The notes: a model not told the origin generated them from the sequence alone. A stretch of 64,000 nt of DNA from Octopus sinensis (GCF_006345805.1 NW_021833925.1:1-64000), one strand, 5' to 3'; positions 44,748 to 58,102 are shown, numbered from the stretch's first letter. Numbers and translations: made by a program.

Positions 44748-44930
44748 AACGCACATAAAAAATATCAATAACAACCATGATTGCTTCATATTTTGGGACA
44801 AGGCCAGCAGTGTTATGGAGAGAGGATAAGACGATTACATTGCTCGTACCAGTGCTCGACTGGTACTAATTCACCATCTCCGAAAGGATAAATGATAAAG
44901 TTGATGACGGCGGAATTGCATCACAGAATA

Positions 44931-44978
<48 letters not shown>

Positions 44979-45216
44979 TGTGTGTGATTGTGTGTGTGTG
45001 CGTGCTCACGCTTCGGTTGAGCGCAGCATTCCAAGTGGAGTGAAACTGAGTAAATATTTGCTAGTGTTGATCGACCAATGCATCGTACGTAAAACTAGTA
45101 CAAAAAGAAAAAAAAAAACAAAAACAAAAATCACTGCGGAGCCCAGTCGTTTAGTTTCGAACCTGTCGACCTTAATTCATTTTTGTAATTGTTATATGTA
45201 TCTATCTATCTATCTA

Positions 45217-45292
<76 letters not shown>

Positions 45293-45297
<5 letters not shown>

Positions 45298-45463
45298 AGG
45301 CGCAATGGCCCAGTGGTTAGACCGGGTGTTGTGAGTGTTTATTGAGAGAAAACACCTAAAAGGTCCTCGAGGCTCAGGCAGGGGCTCGTGTTAATCCCTG
45401 CTGTATTCTTTCACCACAACTTTCTCTCACTCTTTCTTCCGATGGCCTGGTCGGTCACGTGAT
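45293..45463 (+). mobile_element. Internally deleted SINE family C copy
   Basis: GTGGAGGCGCAATGGCCCAGTGGTTAG|ACCGGGTGTTGTG...GGTCACGTGAT; it lacks the B-box region and much of the 3' body compared with 20505-20812. Confidence 0.82.
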
Positions 45464-45479
45464 ATATATATATATCAAA

Positions 45480-45679
45480 ATGTGACCTCGTGTGTACCGT
45501 TGGCGATTTTTTTCCTCTGTCTTCCCTTCTCGGGATCTTTCCTTCTCCTATGTTTCCGACGAAGAGCTCCGCTCGAAACGTTAAACCCTCCTTCTTCCCT
45601 TCTTTCCTGAGCGTCCAATAATACTATATTTGTTCCACGTCCTCGCGTTGTGTTTTTTTGTCGTTTTCTTGTTTGGATT

Positions 45680-45683
<4 letters not shown>
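45480..45683 (+). mobile_element. Family H1 repeat with a minimal hammerhead-like motif, in (TA)n
   Basis: Near-identical to 3142-3345; motif GTTT-CCGACGA-A-GAGC-TCC-GCTC-GAAA-CG-TT-AAAC at 45552-45586. Confidence 0.78.
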
Positions 45684-45719
<36 letters not shown>

Positions 45720-46513
45720 CATGTACTCGTTCATTTTATATTTTCTTTCTTCTGCACATTTCACTCCATATTTACATAACCGTGCTCTTTATAGCTTCAT
45801 CTATATCTACACTTCTCTCTCTTCCAGTTTGTCATACATTCTAATTTTACCTATTTATTTTCTGCGTTTCTCTTTTCCTCTATCATTTTCTTTCTTCCCC
45901 GCGCCCCACCTCATTCATGCTCTCTTTCCTTCTAAAACAATTTCTTCCTATTTCATTCTGTCTTTCCTATTACTCTTTTCATTTTAATTCCATCTTGGCA
46001 ATAGCTTTCTGACGTCACAGTTTCTTTCTTTCCGCCACTCTATCAGTCCCTACTCCCACTTTTATTTAACCTTTCTCAGTTCTTTCCATCATTTCCTGTA
46101 CCTCCTTCCATTTGTTTCCCTTTCTTTTATCCTTCTTTTCTTTTTATCCTGCTTTACTTCTTTTCGTCTTCCTTTATTTTCCCGCCCATTTTGTTTTCGT
46201 CACCTTTGTCATCTTTCAACGTTTGTTAGGTTTATTTACGTTGGGAAGATATTCCTAGAGAACACTTTATTCTGAAGTTGAATGCAAAAGAGAACGATAA
46301 AACCAAGAAGGTGGTTTAAGAATCAGATTGGGGAAGGATTGAAGTATGACAGGAAGGAAACTATAAAAGACAACAACAAACCTGCCATTGTTTGGCTAAA
46401 GACACAGACAGCCATGTCTTATGAAACCTACGTCCACAATTTCATTTCTTTCTTTTATTCATGGCCGCTTATACAAAAACTGAAGTCAAAAACTCCTGTT
46501 TAACGATCGCAAC

Positions 46514-46553
<40 letters not shown>

Positions 46554-46650
46554 CACTTTAAAACACTCATGTTTGTCTATCTTTATCTCTCTATCTATCA
46601 ATCTATCTAGCTACCTATTTATCTATCAATCTATCAATCAATCAATCCAA

Positions 46651-46712
<62 letters not shown>

Positions 46713-46894
46713 GCCTGTCTGTCTATCTGTCTGTCTGTCAGTCTGCTTTTCTTTCTGTCTGTCTAACTACACTCAATTGCATACATGCACACATGTCTGT
46801 CTGTCACTATCTTTCTATTTATGTTTCTATCTGTCTGTCTGTCTGTCTATCTGACAGTCTTTCTGGCTGTTTGTCTGTCTCTCACTGTATTTTG

Positions 46895-47006
<112 letters not shown>

Positions 47007-47369
47007 CCTATAATCAAATGCACACACACACACACACACTCCTATAAAAATGCTGAGTCCAACAAAAGTGACTGTTTCGTTCAAGAGCTTATCAAGGAAA
47101 GCTCTACTCATACGTATTTCTAAATGAACATGTAACTCCATGATATGCGTGCTCGTGTGTCTGCGTGTGTATCTGCGTGCGCACTAATTTATTGTGTGTG
47201 TTAATATGTGGAAGCACAAACATGCGCATCCAAACATATATAGATATCAATGTATATGTGTATGTGTGAATATTTCTGGGTGTGTATACGTATTCATGTT
47301 TAGCTAATATTGTATAACCTTGGTAATAATAACAACAACAACAACAATAACAATAACAATAACAATAAC

Positions 47370-47410
<41 letters not shown>

Positions 47411-47757
47411 TAATAATAGTAATAATAATAATTGTGGAGCAAGAACAAAGGCTGAATTAGTAGTGATTAGAAATCCAGAGTTGTTCAAAGCGTAGTACTG
47501 TTATAATATATCCTAAAGGTTTTAGTTGTCTACTTCATAGGTCAACTAATCCTACAGTGAATTCAACAGTTTATCTGGCAAGAATAGGAAGGTTCCATTT
47601 CCTCTGTAGTTTCTGTAATAGCTTGCTTTGATCGACGTGTTTATAGCCATCGAAATAGTTAGAGAGACAAGAGAAGAGAGCCGCATACTCCTCTATGGTT
47701 TCCTCGCAAGATGTATCGTTTACATCAAACGCACGCGCGCTGATGCGCGGCACACAT

Positions 47758-47789
<32 letters not shown>

Positions 47790-48366
47790 TTGCATGTACA
47801 CATTCATGTATATATGTAAATAAATCAAAGTGTGTGCGTATACGTATCTGTGTTTTTATATATGTATGTGTGTGTGTATGTATATAAATATGCATGTGTG
47901 TGTATGTATATAAATATATATATAAGAATATGTGTATGTGTGTGTTGACACAAATACCCACACACTCATGCTCTAATAAGACGTAGTGCAGGAAATAAAA
48001 GATTTGGGAATATAACCAGGATACGGTATTGTGATAATCGTATCTCTCGTAGAATACACTTCTTCAATATCTTTTTACGCATTCATATGTTTTAACGTGG
48101 ATTTGTATATGATTGCAGTGTATCCATCAAGTGTACATACACCCACACACACACACAAAGACACAAAGACACAAACACACAAATACATCTGAGGAGAATG
48201 TGTTTGTGAGAGAAAATATGTATGTGAATGGATGCATGTACGGATATAGAATGTTATACATCTAAAGAGATACAGGGAAAAATCACGACTTGCAATATTC
48301 TCAAAAGGGTAACCAAATCCACGACTAGTTGTAACTGGATGCCGCTTATGTCAAAAGTCATACATC

Positions 48367-48415
<49 letters not shown>

Positions 48416-48697
48416 ACATATTGATACCTATGTTATGGTTGTGTATTTATATTTGTCTAAATATATTAAAAGTAATAGAATTATATATGTGAATCATGTT
48501 GAATTTTTTTTTCTGCTTCTCTTTTCTTATATATATGTTGATAACAGCATATATATACATACATGCGTAGAAATTCATCAAAGCTGCTAGCCTATTCTGC
48601 GCTGATTCCAGTTTTACTATCTCCGGTGCTTGCCGCCAAGGGATCCTACTGCTTTGATTTACATACAAAAACCACAGATTCTCTCCTATATATATAT

Positions 48698-48729
<32 letters not shown>

Positions 48730-48732
48730 GAT

Positions 48733-48764
<32 letters not shown>

Positions 48765-49857
48765 AATATATAAGTAAATTTGTATATTTATATATATATA
48801 TTTATATATATATATATAAATATACAAATTTACTTATATATTTATATATATTTGTATTTATATATAAGTGTGTGTGTAAAGAGAGGGTGAGAGAGGAAGA
48901 CTCATACGCACATATATGCATACTGCAAGCACACACAGACACATGTATGTGAATATATTACATACACACATATGTATATGTTCGATGGTGGGGAATATTG
49001 ATCTTTTTTTGCTATGTGTACTTTTTACCTGTTTTTTTTTTTTGTTACAGTTTTGTGTTGTTTTTCTCGTTTCGGTGGTGTTTCCCAGGTATTCATTGTA
49101 CATTATTGTTATCAGGCATGTAATTTCTATTGATGTTGCTTGTTTTTATATACCCACTACTGGTGTTTAACATTATTCTAATCGCTCATTATGCTTGTGC
49201 GCGTGTGTGTGTATGTGTAAGTGTTTGTGTGTGTGTGTGTGTGTTTGTGTGTATTCACATAGGCGAATATGTATTTGAAATCTCGGAAACCAAAGGCCAT
49301 AATTTCTGTCTCCAAAGAAACTATTGCCTTCAGATCTTGGAAAATGACTCTTCCGGGGGTTTTTCGTAAGGTACCACCGAACTGAGGACAAACACTATAA
49401 TCTATATTTTGCCGTTCAATCCCTGCAGTGTATGTGTGTGTGTGAGTGTGTGTGTGTTTGTAGCAATATATACATACATGTAACTGTATATATATAACAT
49501 GTGTGTGTATAAGCAATTATACATGCATGTGTGTACGCGTGTGTGTATATCTTTGTCAAAATGTCAATATTACTCTGAATCTGTTCGGCCCTTTTATGTT
49601 TTGTCCATGTTTATGTTATTTACTCTGTACCATATTCTGGTCGTTGTAGCAAAATCTGTATTGTATACACTTGTGTTCTATTATGCTTTGTTTGTGTATA
49701 TTCAAACCGAGTGCTTAGAAATTCTTTTCGTCCGCCATAATTATTATACCATTCCATTTTTAATCTTCTCTTACATCATAGTATCTATCTATCTGTCTAT
49801 TATATTATTTTTGTGACTGCTTTATTATTTCTTGTTAATATTTTCTAAAGGATACCC

Positions 49858-50014
<157 letters not shown>

Positions 50015-50103
50015 TCTATTTATCTATTTATCTATCTATCTGTCTATCTGTCTGTCTATCTGTCTGTCTGTCGGTATATCAAGACATCTTTCTACCTACA
50101 AAT

Positions 50104-50172
<69 letters not shown>

Positions 50173-50311
50173 TATTCAGGTTTACATGTGTCTGCACGTG
50201 TCAGTATGTGCGCTCATATATATGTACTCATATGCATACATGTATATGTTGTATGTGTGTGGAAATTTATACATACATGTAAGTATTTATATACATATAT
50301 ATATATATATA

Positions 50312-50425
50312 TCACGTCATCACGTGACCGACCAGTCCATCAGATGTAGTAACACATCGCTGGTCACAATGCTTTCGCATTGTTTTAGCCTTCGAATGAC
50401 GCACCCGCTGGCTAAGCGAGCAGGC
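50312..50425 (-). mobile_element. 3' fragment of SINE family C
   Basis: CACGTGACCGACCAG...CATCGCTGGTCACAATGC..CGCATTGTTTTAGCCTT..AAGCGAGCAGGC, as at 20505-20625. Confidence 0.82.
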
Positions 50426-50488
50426 AAAACATATATATATATATATATTATATATATATTATAATATATATTATATATATATATATAT

Positions 50489-51121
50489 GAAAAAAAGTCA
50501 AAAATAGAAAATGCTAAGATAATTGTATAGTGAATCTTTCAGTACGGTTCGGTCATTTTGAGACCTTTTCAACTGTAACGATTAAATAATAAATTTAGAA
50601 AAAAATTAAAAGAAAAGTTTTTTTAAAAAGATATTTTATAGTAGTGTTCAGATATAAGTAGCATTCTGCCTTCTCTGACTCCCTTGTTTGCCACTTGTGT
50701 GTTCGGGGTCGTTGTGAGTTCTTGGTAGGGTAGGTGAAGAATAAGGAGGCTGATGTGGAGAGAGGGTGGGGAAATCTGGGAATGCCTTGATGGTCGTATT
50801 TTGAATATTCAAAATACGGCCATCAGGCATTCCCAGATTTCCCACCCCTCTCCACATCAGCCTCCTTATTCTTCACCTACCCTACCAAGAACTCACAACG
50901 ACCCCGAACACACAAGTGCAAACAAGGGAGTCAGAGAAAGGCAGAATGCTACTTATATCTGAACACTACTATAGAATATTCTTTTAAAAAACTTTTCTTT
51001 TAAATTTTTCTAATTTAATTGTTAATCGTTACAGTTGAAAAGGTCTCAAAATGACCGAAACGGGTACTGAAAGATTCACTATAAAATTATCTAGCATTTT
51101 CTATTTTTGACTTGTTTTTTC
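50489..51121. repeat. ~633-bp spacerless palindrome in (TA)n, with a hammerhead-like motif in each arm
   Basis: Axis between 50806 and 50807 (CGTATTTTGAAT|ATTCAAAATACG). The ~315-bp arms are reverse complements apart from scattered substitutions and 1-nt indels. Confidence 0.93.
51032..51069 (+). ncRNA. Minimal type I hammerhead ribozyme motif, U3-A8 variant (mirror copy on the minus strand at 50540-50575)
   Basis: CAG-TTGAAAA-GGTC-TCAAAAT-GACC-GAAA-CGGG-TA-CTG: helix I CAG/CTG, helix II GGTC/GACC, GAAA box and UA site. The mirror copy reads GAACCGTA here, so its GAAA box is broken. Confidence 0.6.
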
Positions 51122-51250
51122 ATATATATCAACTCGTGTGTTCCTTTTCCACCCTATACAAATATATATATATAAATATATATATATATAGTATATATAT
51201 ATATATATATATTATATATATGCATTATAGATATTATATATTATATATAT

Positions 51251-51800
51251 ATTTATATATAGAGGGCTTATTAATCCATGCCAGATGGCATTATTACATA
51301 CATGCCACACGCTAAGAGGGACATTAGTCATGTCTACCAAAAATATAATAATCCCACCGAATGCATTTTTCAAAGTAAGACATTTAAAAAATATAGACCT
51401 GTTATCACAGTGATTTCATACTTACGTATTCATCAGCAGGGCCTCTGGATGTATCATACATAAACGACCTTGCCTCGCTTAAGCCGATCAGCTAATGATC
51501 AACATCAACGAAGCACATGGGTGAGTTTACATATATACCTCCTGTAAATGCAGGACTTTACGAATTGCATTAGGGAAAGGAAAAGTTTTTTCGGATAAAA
51601 ATTAGCAATAAGGACAACTACTTAATAAGGAAAACTTAACAAGAAATTGTCAGGTAGATAGCGTGAAAACCTCATAAGAGAAAAAAATTTCGAAATAATT
51701 ATTCTTATTGAACATATTAATTTATATATAGAGGGCATTAAACATCCAGCCAGATGGCATTATACATACATGCCACAGGCTAAGAGGGACAATTAGTCAT
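51251..51800 (-). mobile_element. 469-bp-period element with ~81-bp terminal direct repeats and an internal hammerhead (retrozyme-like or Penelope pseudo-LTR)
   Basis: Direct repeats at 51251-51331 and 51720-51800 (ATTTATATATAGAGGGC..GCCAGATGGCATTAT..ACATACATGCCAC..GCTAAGAGGGACA..TTAGTCAT); (TA)n on both sides; no credible ORF. Confidence 0.72.
51398..51440 (-). ncRNA. Type I hammerhead ribozyme motif with an intact catalytic core
   Basis: Minus strand CCTG-CTGATGA-ATAC-GTAA-GTAT-GAAA-TCAC-T-GTGA-TA-A-CAGG. It shows CUGAUGA and GAAA boxes, a 4-bp helix II with a GNRA loop, palindromic helix III, a UA site and helix I CCUG/CAGG. There is one extra A after the cleavage site. Confidence 0.8.
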
Positions 51801-52239
51801 ATATATATATATATATATGCATATATATATATATATATATATATACTATATATGATTATATATACGTACACACACTCACGCACACGCATACATTTATATG
51901 TTCTTACATAAACCTACGATCACTACTTTTATATATTTGTGTATGTGTTTGTGTGTGTGTGTATGTGTTACAGCATTGATAAAGGCAGAGCTCAATCAGA
52001 TAGAAATGTGTCGTTTGCGTCCTAGACACTGCTTAACTCTCGACGAACAAGCTTACGTAGCATTAAGTTGATATTGTTGGTGACTTAAAAGTGAGGTATC
52101 ATCAAGGTGGTTCTTTGTTTTGCTGTACTGACAAACTTACAATGATCTATCTTGAAAGGACAGATCATCTGCAGTCTGTTATTACCTTTTCCTATATAAT
52201 TATGCAGCTCTCTCCGTGACATTTGTCAATTCATGTGTT

Positions 52240-53970
52240 ACGTTTTATAAAGAACCTTTATCAAAATGGTAATACGAGAATTCATTTAACTAAAAAATGT
52301 CTGAGTTGCTATTTCATAAATGTTACTAGCTTGAAAAGTTACCGTTTTATATATGTTGATAATTTGAAAGAAAGTAACTATTGTGGTATCAGATCTTTAT
52401 TTTGTGTATTCGAATCTAAAACCTATACAAATGTAACGTTTTAAAGAACCTTTATCAAAATGGTAATACGAGAATTCATTTAACTAAAAAATGTCTGAGT
52501 TGCTATTTCATAAATGTTACTAGCTTGAAAAGTTACCGTTTTATATATGTTAATAACCTGAAAGAAGTAACATTGTGGTATCAGATCTTTATTTTGTGTA
52601 TTCGAATCATAAAACCTATACAAATGTACACGTTTTAAAGAACCTTATTCAAATGGTAATACGAGAATTCATATAACTAAAATGTCTGAGTTGCTATTTC
52701 ATAAATGTTACTAGCTTGGAAAAGTTACCGTTTTATATATGTTGATAATTTGAAAGAAAGTAACTATGTGGTATCAGATCTTTATTTTGTGTATTCGAAT
52801 CTAAAAACCATACAAAATGTAACGTTTAAAGAACCTTTATCAAAATGGTAATACGAGAATTCATTTAACTAAAAAATGTCTGAGTTGCTATTTCATAAAT
52901 GTTACTAGCTTGAAAAGTTACCGTTTTATATATGTTAATAACCTGAAAGAAAGTAACTATTGTGGTATCAGATCTTTATTTTGTGTATTCGAATCTAAAA
53001 CCTATACAAATGTAACGTTTTAAAGAACCTTTATCAAAATGGTAATACGAGAATTCATATAACTAAAAATGTCTGAGTTGCTATTTCATAAATGTTACTA
53101 GCTTGAAAAGTTACCGTTTTATATATGTTGATAATTTGAAAGAAAGTAACTATTGTGGTATCAGATCTTTATTTTGTGTATTCGAATCTAAAACCTATAC
53201 AAATGTAACGTTTTAAAGAACCTTTATCAAAATGGTAATACGAGAATTCATTTAACTAAAAAATGTCTGAGTTGCTATTTCATAAATGTTACTAGCTTGA
53301 AAAGTTACCGTTTTATATATGTTGATAATTTGAAAGAAAGTAACTATTGTGGTATCAGATCTTTATTTTGTGTATTCGAATCTAAAAACTATACAAATGT
53401 AACGTTTTAAAGAACCTTTATCAAATGGTAATACGAGAATTCATTTAACTAAAAAATGTCTGAGTTGCTATTTCATAAATGTACTAGCTTGAAAAGTTAC
53501 CGTTTTATATATGTTTATAACCTGAAAGAAGTAAATATTGTGGTATCAGATTTTATTGTGTATTCGAATCTAAACTATACAAATGTAAACGTTGTAAAAG
53601 AACCTTTATCAAAATGGTAATACGAGATTTCATTTAACTAAAAAATGTCTGAGTTGCTATTTATAAATGTTACTAGCTGAAAAGTTACCGTTTTATATAT
53701 GTAATAACCTGAAAGAAAGTAACTATTGTGGTATCAGATCTTTATTTTGTGTATTCGAACTAAAACCTATACAAATGTAACGTTTAAAGAACCTTTATCA
53801 AAATGGTAATACGAGAATTCATATAAATAAAAAATGTTCTGAGTTGCCTATTTCATAAAATACTAGCTTGAAAAGGTACCGTTTATATATGTTAAAACCT
53901 GAAAGAAAGTAACTATTGTGGTATCAGATCTTTATTTTGTGTATTCGAATCTAAAACGTATACAAATGTA
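52240..53970. repeat. Tandem satellite, ~194-bp unit x 9
   Basis: GAACCTT anchor at 52252, 52446, 52640, 52831, 53025, 53218, 53412, 53600 and 53789 (spacings 188-194). The units are highly similar and AT-rich. Confidence 0.97.
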
Positions 53971-55180
53971 GTAACGAAATTTGTGTATGCCCAAATACAA
54001 GTGTAATACAATGATAAGTACATATTTATAACATTACAAATTTAATCCCGAGAATTACGTTGTAAATAATATTCAACATCGCAAAAATGGACAACATATG
54101 ATAGGAATCGAATCACGTAACTATCACTTGATCGTAAACTACGTCTCCGACTGTCCTATATAGACACCGCCATTCGCTATATTCTAATTCAATGCTATAA
54201 AACTGTTTTTCTGTCATTCAATTATTTGAAAATAGAAGATAAAAAACGATAGATACTCGCTTTATCTTCCGTCAATGGGTCTCCTGCTCTTTGCTGTCAC
54301 AAATTGGTGCTTATAACGTCTAATGCAATTCACATATATCACATTCTAGACATTTCTTCATAGATAATAGGATACATTTCGACAAATATATCATATTTGA
54401 TTTCCGCTCACATTACCTTTACGAATACAGCTGGTGAGAAATTCACGAGTGTCATCAATCTTGTAATTTTTACTTGTGAGATCTTCACAGAATTGTAACT
54501 AGTGTTTTTTATTATTAAAAAAAAAAACGTTATTAGAAAGTTCAGGCTAGAATCTTTAGACATTGTTTACCTTATATGGCTACAATTCATGTGTGAGTGA
54601 CATTCACTGCTGGACTTTAGTCATTTCGTTCAAAAACTATGGCTGTAGTTACCCTAACTATTTTCTTTTTGTCATTCAGCTATGGGATCGTGTCATTTGT
54701 CTTTCTCATACAATAAAATTCCGTTTAACATTAATGCTGTACGATTGGTTGAATCTTTAGAAAGTCGGAAAAAACTGCTTTACAAAATACGTTCCAGCTC
54801 CTTACGATCTGAGTTCAAATATCACCGAAGTCACTTTTCACCCACTTCTCTGTGGGGGGCCGATGAAATAACGTACCAGTCAAATTCTGGCTCAATTTTT
54901 CCCTTCCTTATAAATTCCTTGGCTCGTGCTAATTTTAGAAATTATCATACGCAATAACTGCAGAGTTAAACTCTGTTCCTTTAAGTCTTCGTTTCAAAAC
55001 ACAACCTGGTCGGTGTTACCTTTCATTCTCCCGGAATCGAGGATAAGTGTACTAGTGAAATATTGACTCTAGTTCAATCGTAATATGCAAGACTCTATCA
55101 CTCTAAGGTTCGATACTTGCGACAGGAAATAACCTCATTAATTAGTTTAAGCATGAACATCTGGATATCAATAAAATAAT

Positions 55181-55542
55181 TATTCTTTTCTACTCTAGGC
55201 ACAAGGCCCGCAATTTTGGGGGAGGAGGGGCTATTCGATTAGATCGACCCCAGTACGCAACTGGTACTTAATTTATCGACCACGAAAAGATGAAAGGCAA
55301 AATCAACCTTGGCGAAATTTGAACTCAGAACGGAAAGTCAGACGAAATAATTACTGATCAACTATTCTTTTCTACTCTAGGCACAAGGCCCGCAATTTTG
55401 AGGGAGGGGGGCTATTCGATTAGATCGACCCCAGTACGCAACTGGTACTTAATTTATCGACCACGAAAAGATGAAAGGCAAAGTCAACCGTGGCGAAATT
55501 TGAACTCAGAGCATAGAGACAGATGAAATAATTACTGATCAA
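55181..55542 (-). mobile_element. Tandem 182-bp duplication of a 5'-truncated SINE family A copy
   Basis: TATTCTTTTCTACTCTAGGCACAAGGCCCGCAATTTT starts at 55181 and 55363; both units end GAAATAATTACTGATCAA. Confidence 0.88.
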
Positions 55543-56494
55543 ATATTAATACCGATTTAATCGAATCCTGTCGTTTTGTTCCCCATTATCGCCATAATTC
55601 CTTCAACGAAGTGCGTGCCTTTGTGACAAAGTTAAACAGCTAAATATCTTTATTAAAATACAGTGGTGGGGGAGAAGGACAAATATTTGTAGTTTTTAGT
55701 TACGTATCATTAAGTTTCGGGTTCGAATCACACAGTGATTCATTCTACTTTGTAATCTACAAAGGAATCGACAAACTACCAATACTGTACTCTGAATGAA
55801 TCAATCAGATATACTCTCCATTTTTCATAATCTTTATAAAAACCCTATAAAACACAGGGAAATCACATTTAAATTTCTATTTTGCTTCAAACCTAAAATT
55901 TATTTCCAAATCATTCTAAATGAGTCTATGTCATTCCGACCAACTTCAAGTTTTATAATTTACCCATTTATTCACAAAAATCTATTTCTTTTATTCTTCC
56001 ATTATCTCTCCTTCCTTGTCTTTCTGCTATACTTCCTTCCACTCTATTTCCTTCAATTCTCTTTCTTCCTTTTATGTCTTCCTATTTCTGATTCTGTGAT
56101 GATGTCGTTGCGTTAATATCCATCTGTACTTAATGTTAGCGACTTTATCTTGCTTCACATGTCTGGAATATTGGCATTCCTCGTGTAATGCCTTTAGAAT
56201 CCGTTTCATTAACTTGACATCAAAAAGCATATTTCACAAATGTATCATTCGTTACAGACTAGATAGACTTCTACATTTCTAATGCGTTTTTTAATATGTA
56301 TTATATATAAACGACGTCGGAGAGTAAAAGCAGGAAAATAGCAGATGGGAGAGCCAAGAGAGTGGATTAAATGCAGCATTTGCCTTTTATATTTGCTGTG
56401 TTGACAAAGAAATAGAAAGCGAAAAATATTGCGACAGTATAAAATTGGTAGTTCTCTCTTAAAATTTTTAACCATTCCACAATATTTATAATTT

Positions 56495-56721
56495 TTACAT
56501 TTGCAGTTTTACTTTCAGTCATTTCACTGTGGTCATGCTAGCACACTGCTTTTAAAGTTTTTAGATGTACTGACCCAAACCTCGCTCCTCAGTAGTTTTA
56601 AGTCTGGTGCTAATTCTATCGTTATCTATTGCCGATCTGCTATGATAGGGGAAGTAAACAAACCACGGTTGTCAAGCTGTGGGTGGAAGATAAATACAGA
56701 AATAAAGACAGACACACAAAC

Positions 56722-56798
<77 letters not shown>

Positions 56799-57245
56799 TA
56801 CTGCACATGAATTATTGGCGAATTTTTCCCTCCTTCTTCCACCTTCCTTTTGGACTTCCCTGTTTTTGAAGAAGAGCTATGCTCGAAACGTGAAACAACC
56901 ACTTGTTTCCTTCTCCGAGCGTTGTATTACTACATTGCTTGTGCTACGTCTTCTTTTTGTTATTTCTTTCTTCTCTGTTTTTTTTTCTTAATTAACCATA
57001 TATATGTGCTATTAAGTTAGACATGGCCTGGACCAATCTTTGGTCGAAACATATCTAAGTTTATCTAAGTTTATATATATATATATATATTAGACGGGTT
57101 TTCACACAGTTTACGCCTGTCAGATTCGCTCTCGATGCATTGGTTGGCTTGGGGCTACGGTAGAAGATACTTTCCCAAGGTGCAATTCAGTGTCATTGAA
57201 CCCGAGACCATGCGATTGCAAAGCGAGCTTTCAAATCACATGCCA
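56495..57245 (-). mobile_element. Old SINE family B copy interrupted at its internal (TA)n by a family H1-like element
   Basis: 3' half at ~56495-56720 and 5' half at ~57090-57245 (GTAGAAGATACTTTCCCAAGGTG). The intervening 56812-57000 is H1-like. Confidence 0.65.
56812..57000 (+). mobile_element. Divergent family H1 repeat with a decayed hammerhead-like motif
   Basis: TTGGCGAATTTTTCCC...TGTTT-TTGAAGA-A-GAGC-TAT-GCTC-GAAA-CG-TG-AAACA (56861-56897)...CCGAGCGT; same architecture as 3142 and 45480. Confidence 0.65.
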
Positions 57246-57274
57246 ATTGCAGTGAATGTAGGATCGCTTGATCG

Positions 57275-57401
57275 GAGATTCAAATGAGGTCGACTTTGCC
57301 TTTCATCCTTTCGGGAGTCGATCAATTAAGTACCAGCTGCGTACTGGGATCGATATAATCGACTAAAAAAAATTCAAGTCTTGTGCCTAGAGTAGAAAAG
57401 T
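57275..57401 (+). mobile_element. SINE family A 3' fragment
   Basis: GAGGTCGACTTTGCCTTTCATCCTTTCGGGAGTCGATCAATTAAGTACCAG...TTGTGCCTAGAGTAGAAAAG. Confidence 0.8.
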
Positions 57402-57437
57402 ATAAGTGTAAAGAGGGACATGCATTCACTTATGAAG

Positions 57438-57496
<59 letters not shown>

Positions 57497-58051
57497 CACA
57501 AATTCTATTATTTCAAATTCTATGTACTAGAATTTTAAGGATATTCATTGCTCTTTTACTCCACAAACTCAAACGCTATGACACTCTTCGGCATAATTCC
57601 AATGTTTGGAATAAGGAGTTAGGGAACACACACACACACACACACGAACACACACACACGCACACACACACACATACACAAACACACATACACACACACA
57701 TACACACACACACATACACACACACACACACACTCATAGTGAGAGAGTTGGAGAGAAAATGAGAGAGGAGATTTACAAACGTAGACTTGCTAATTAATCT
57801 TTACAAATTTAGAAAGTGTTTAATTACTTTGCCGTCTCAGAGAATATTCGGAGAGATGGATTTTCGTGTAAAGTATAGATCATTAAATATAGTCAAATTT
57901 TTCTGTGCCTGTCGCTGCTTTTGTTGTCCTTCTTCACCTTGTCGTGTCTCATATTCTATCATTTCTAATTACAAACATACACACACACATATATAAATAT
58001 ATATGACATGATATATGATATATGAATATGCGTGTATATATACTTACGTAC

Positions 58052-58102
<51 letters not shown>

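Noticed and set aside
50648-50962. Mirror-image 69-aa ORFs on opposite strands
   Set aside because: They are a by-product of the palindrome; no RT or GIY-YIG similarity was recognised.
57018-57058. GACCA-ATCTT-TGGTC-GAAAC hairpin resembling a hammerhead half
   Set aside because: No CUGANGA-like box precedes the stem.
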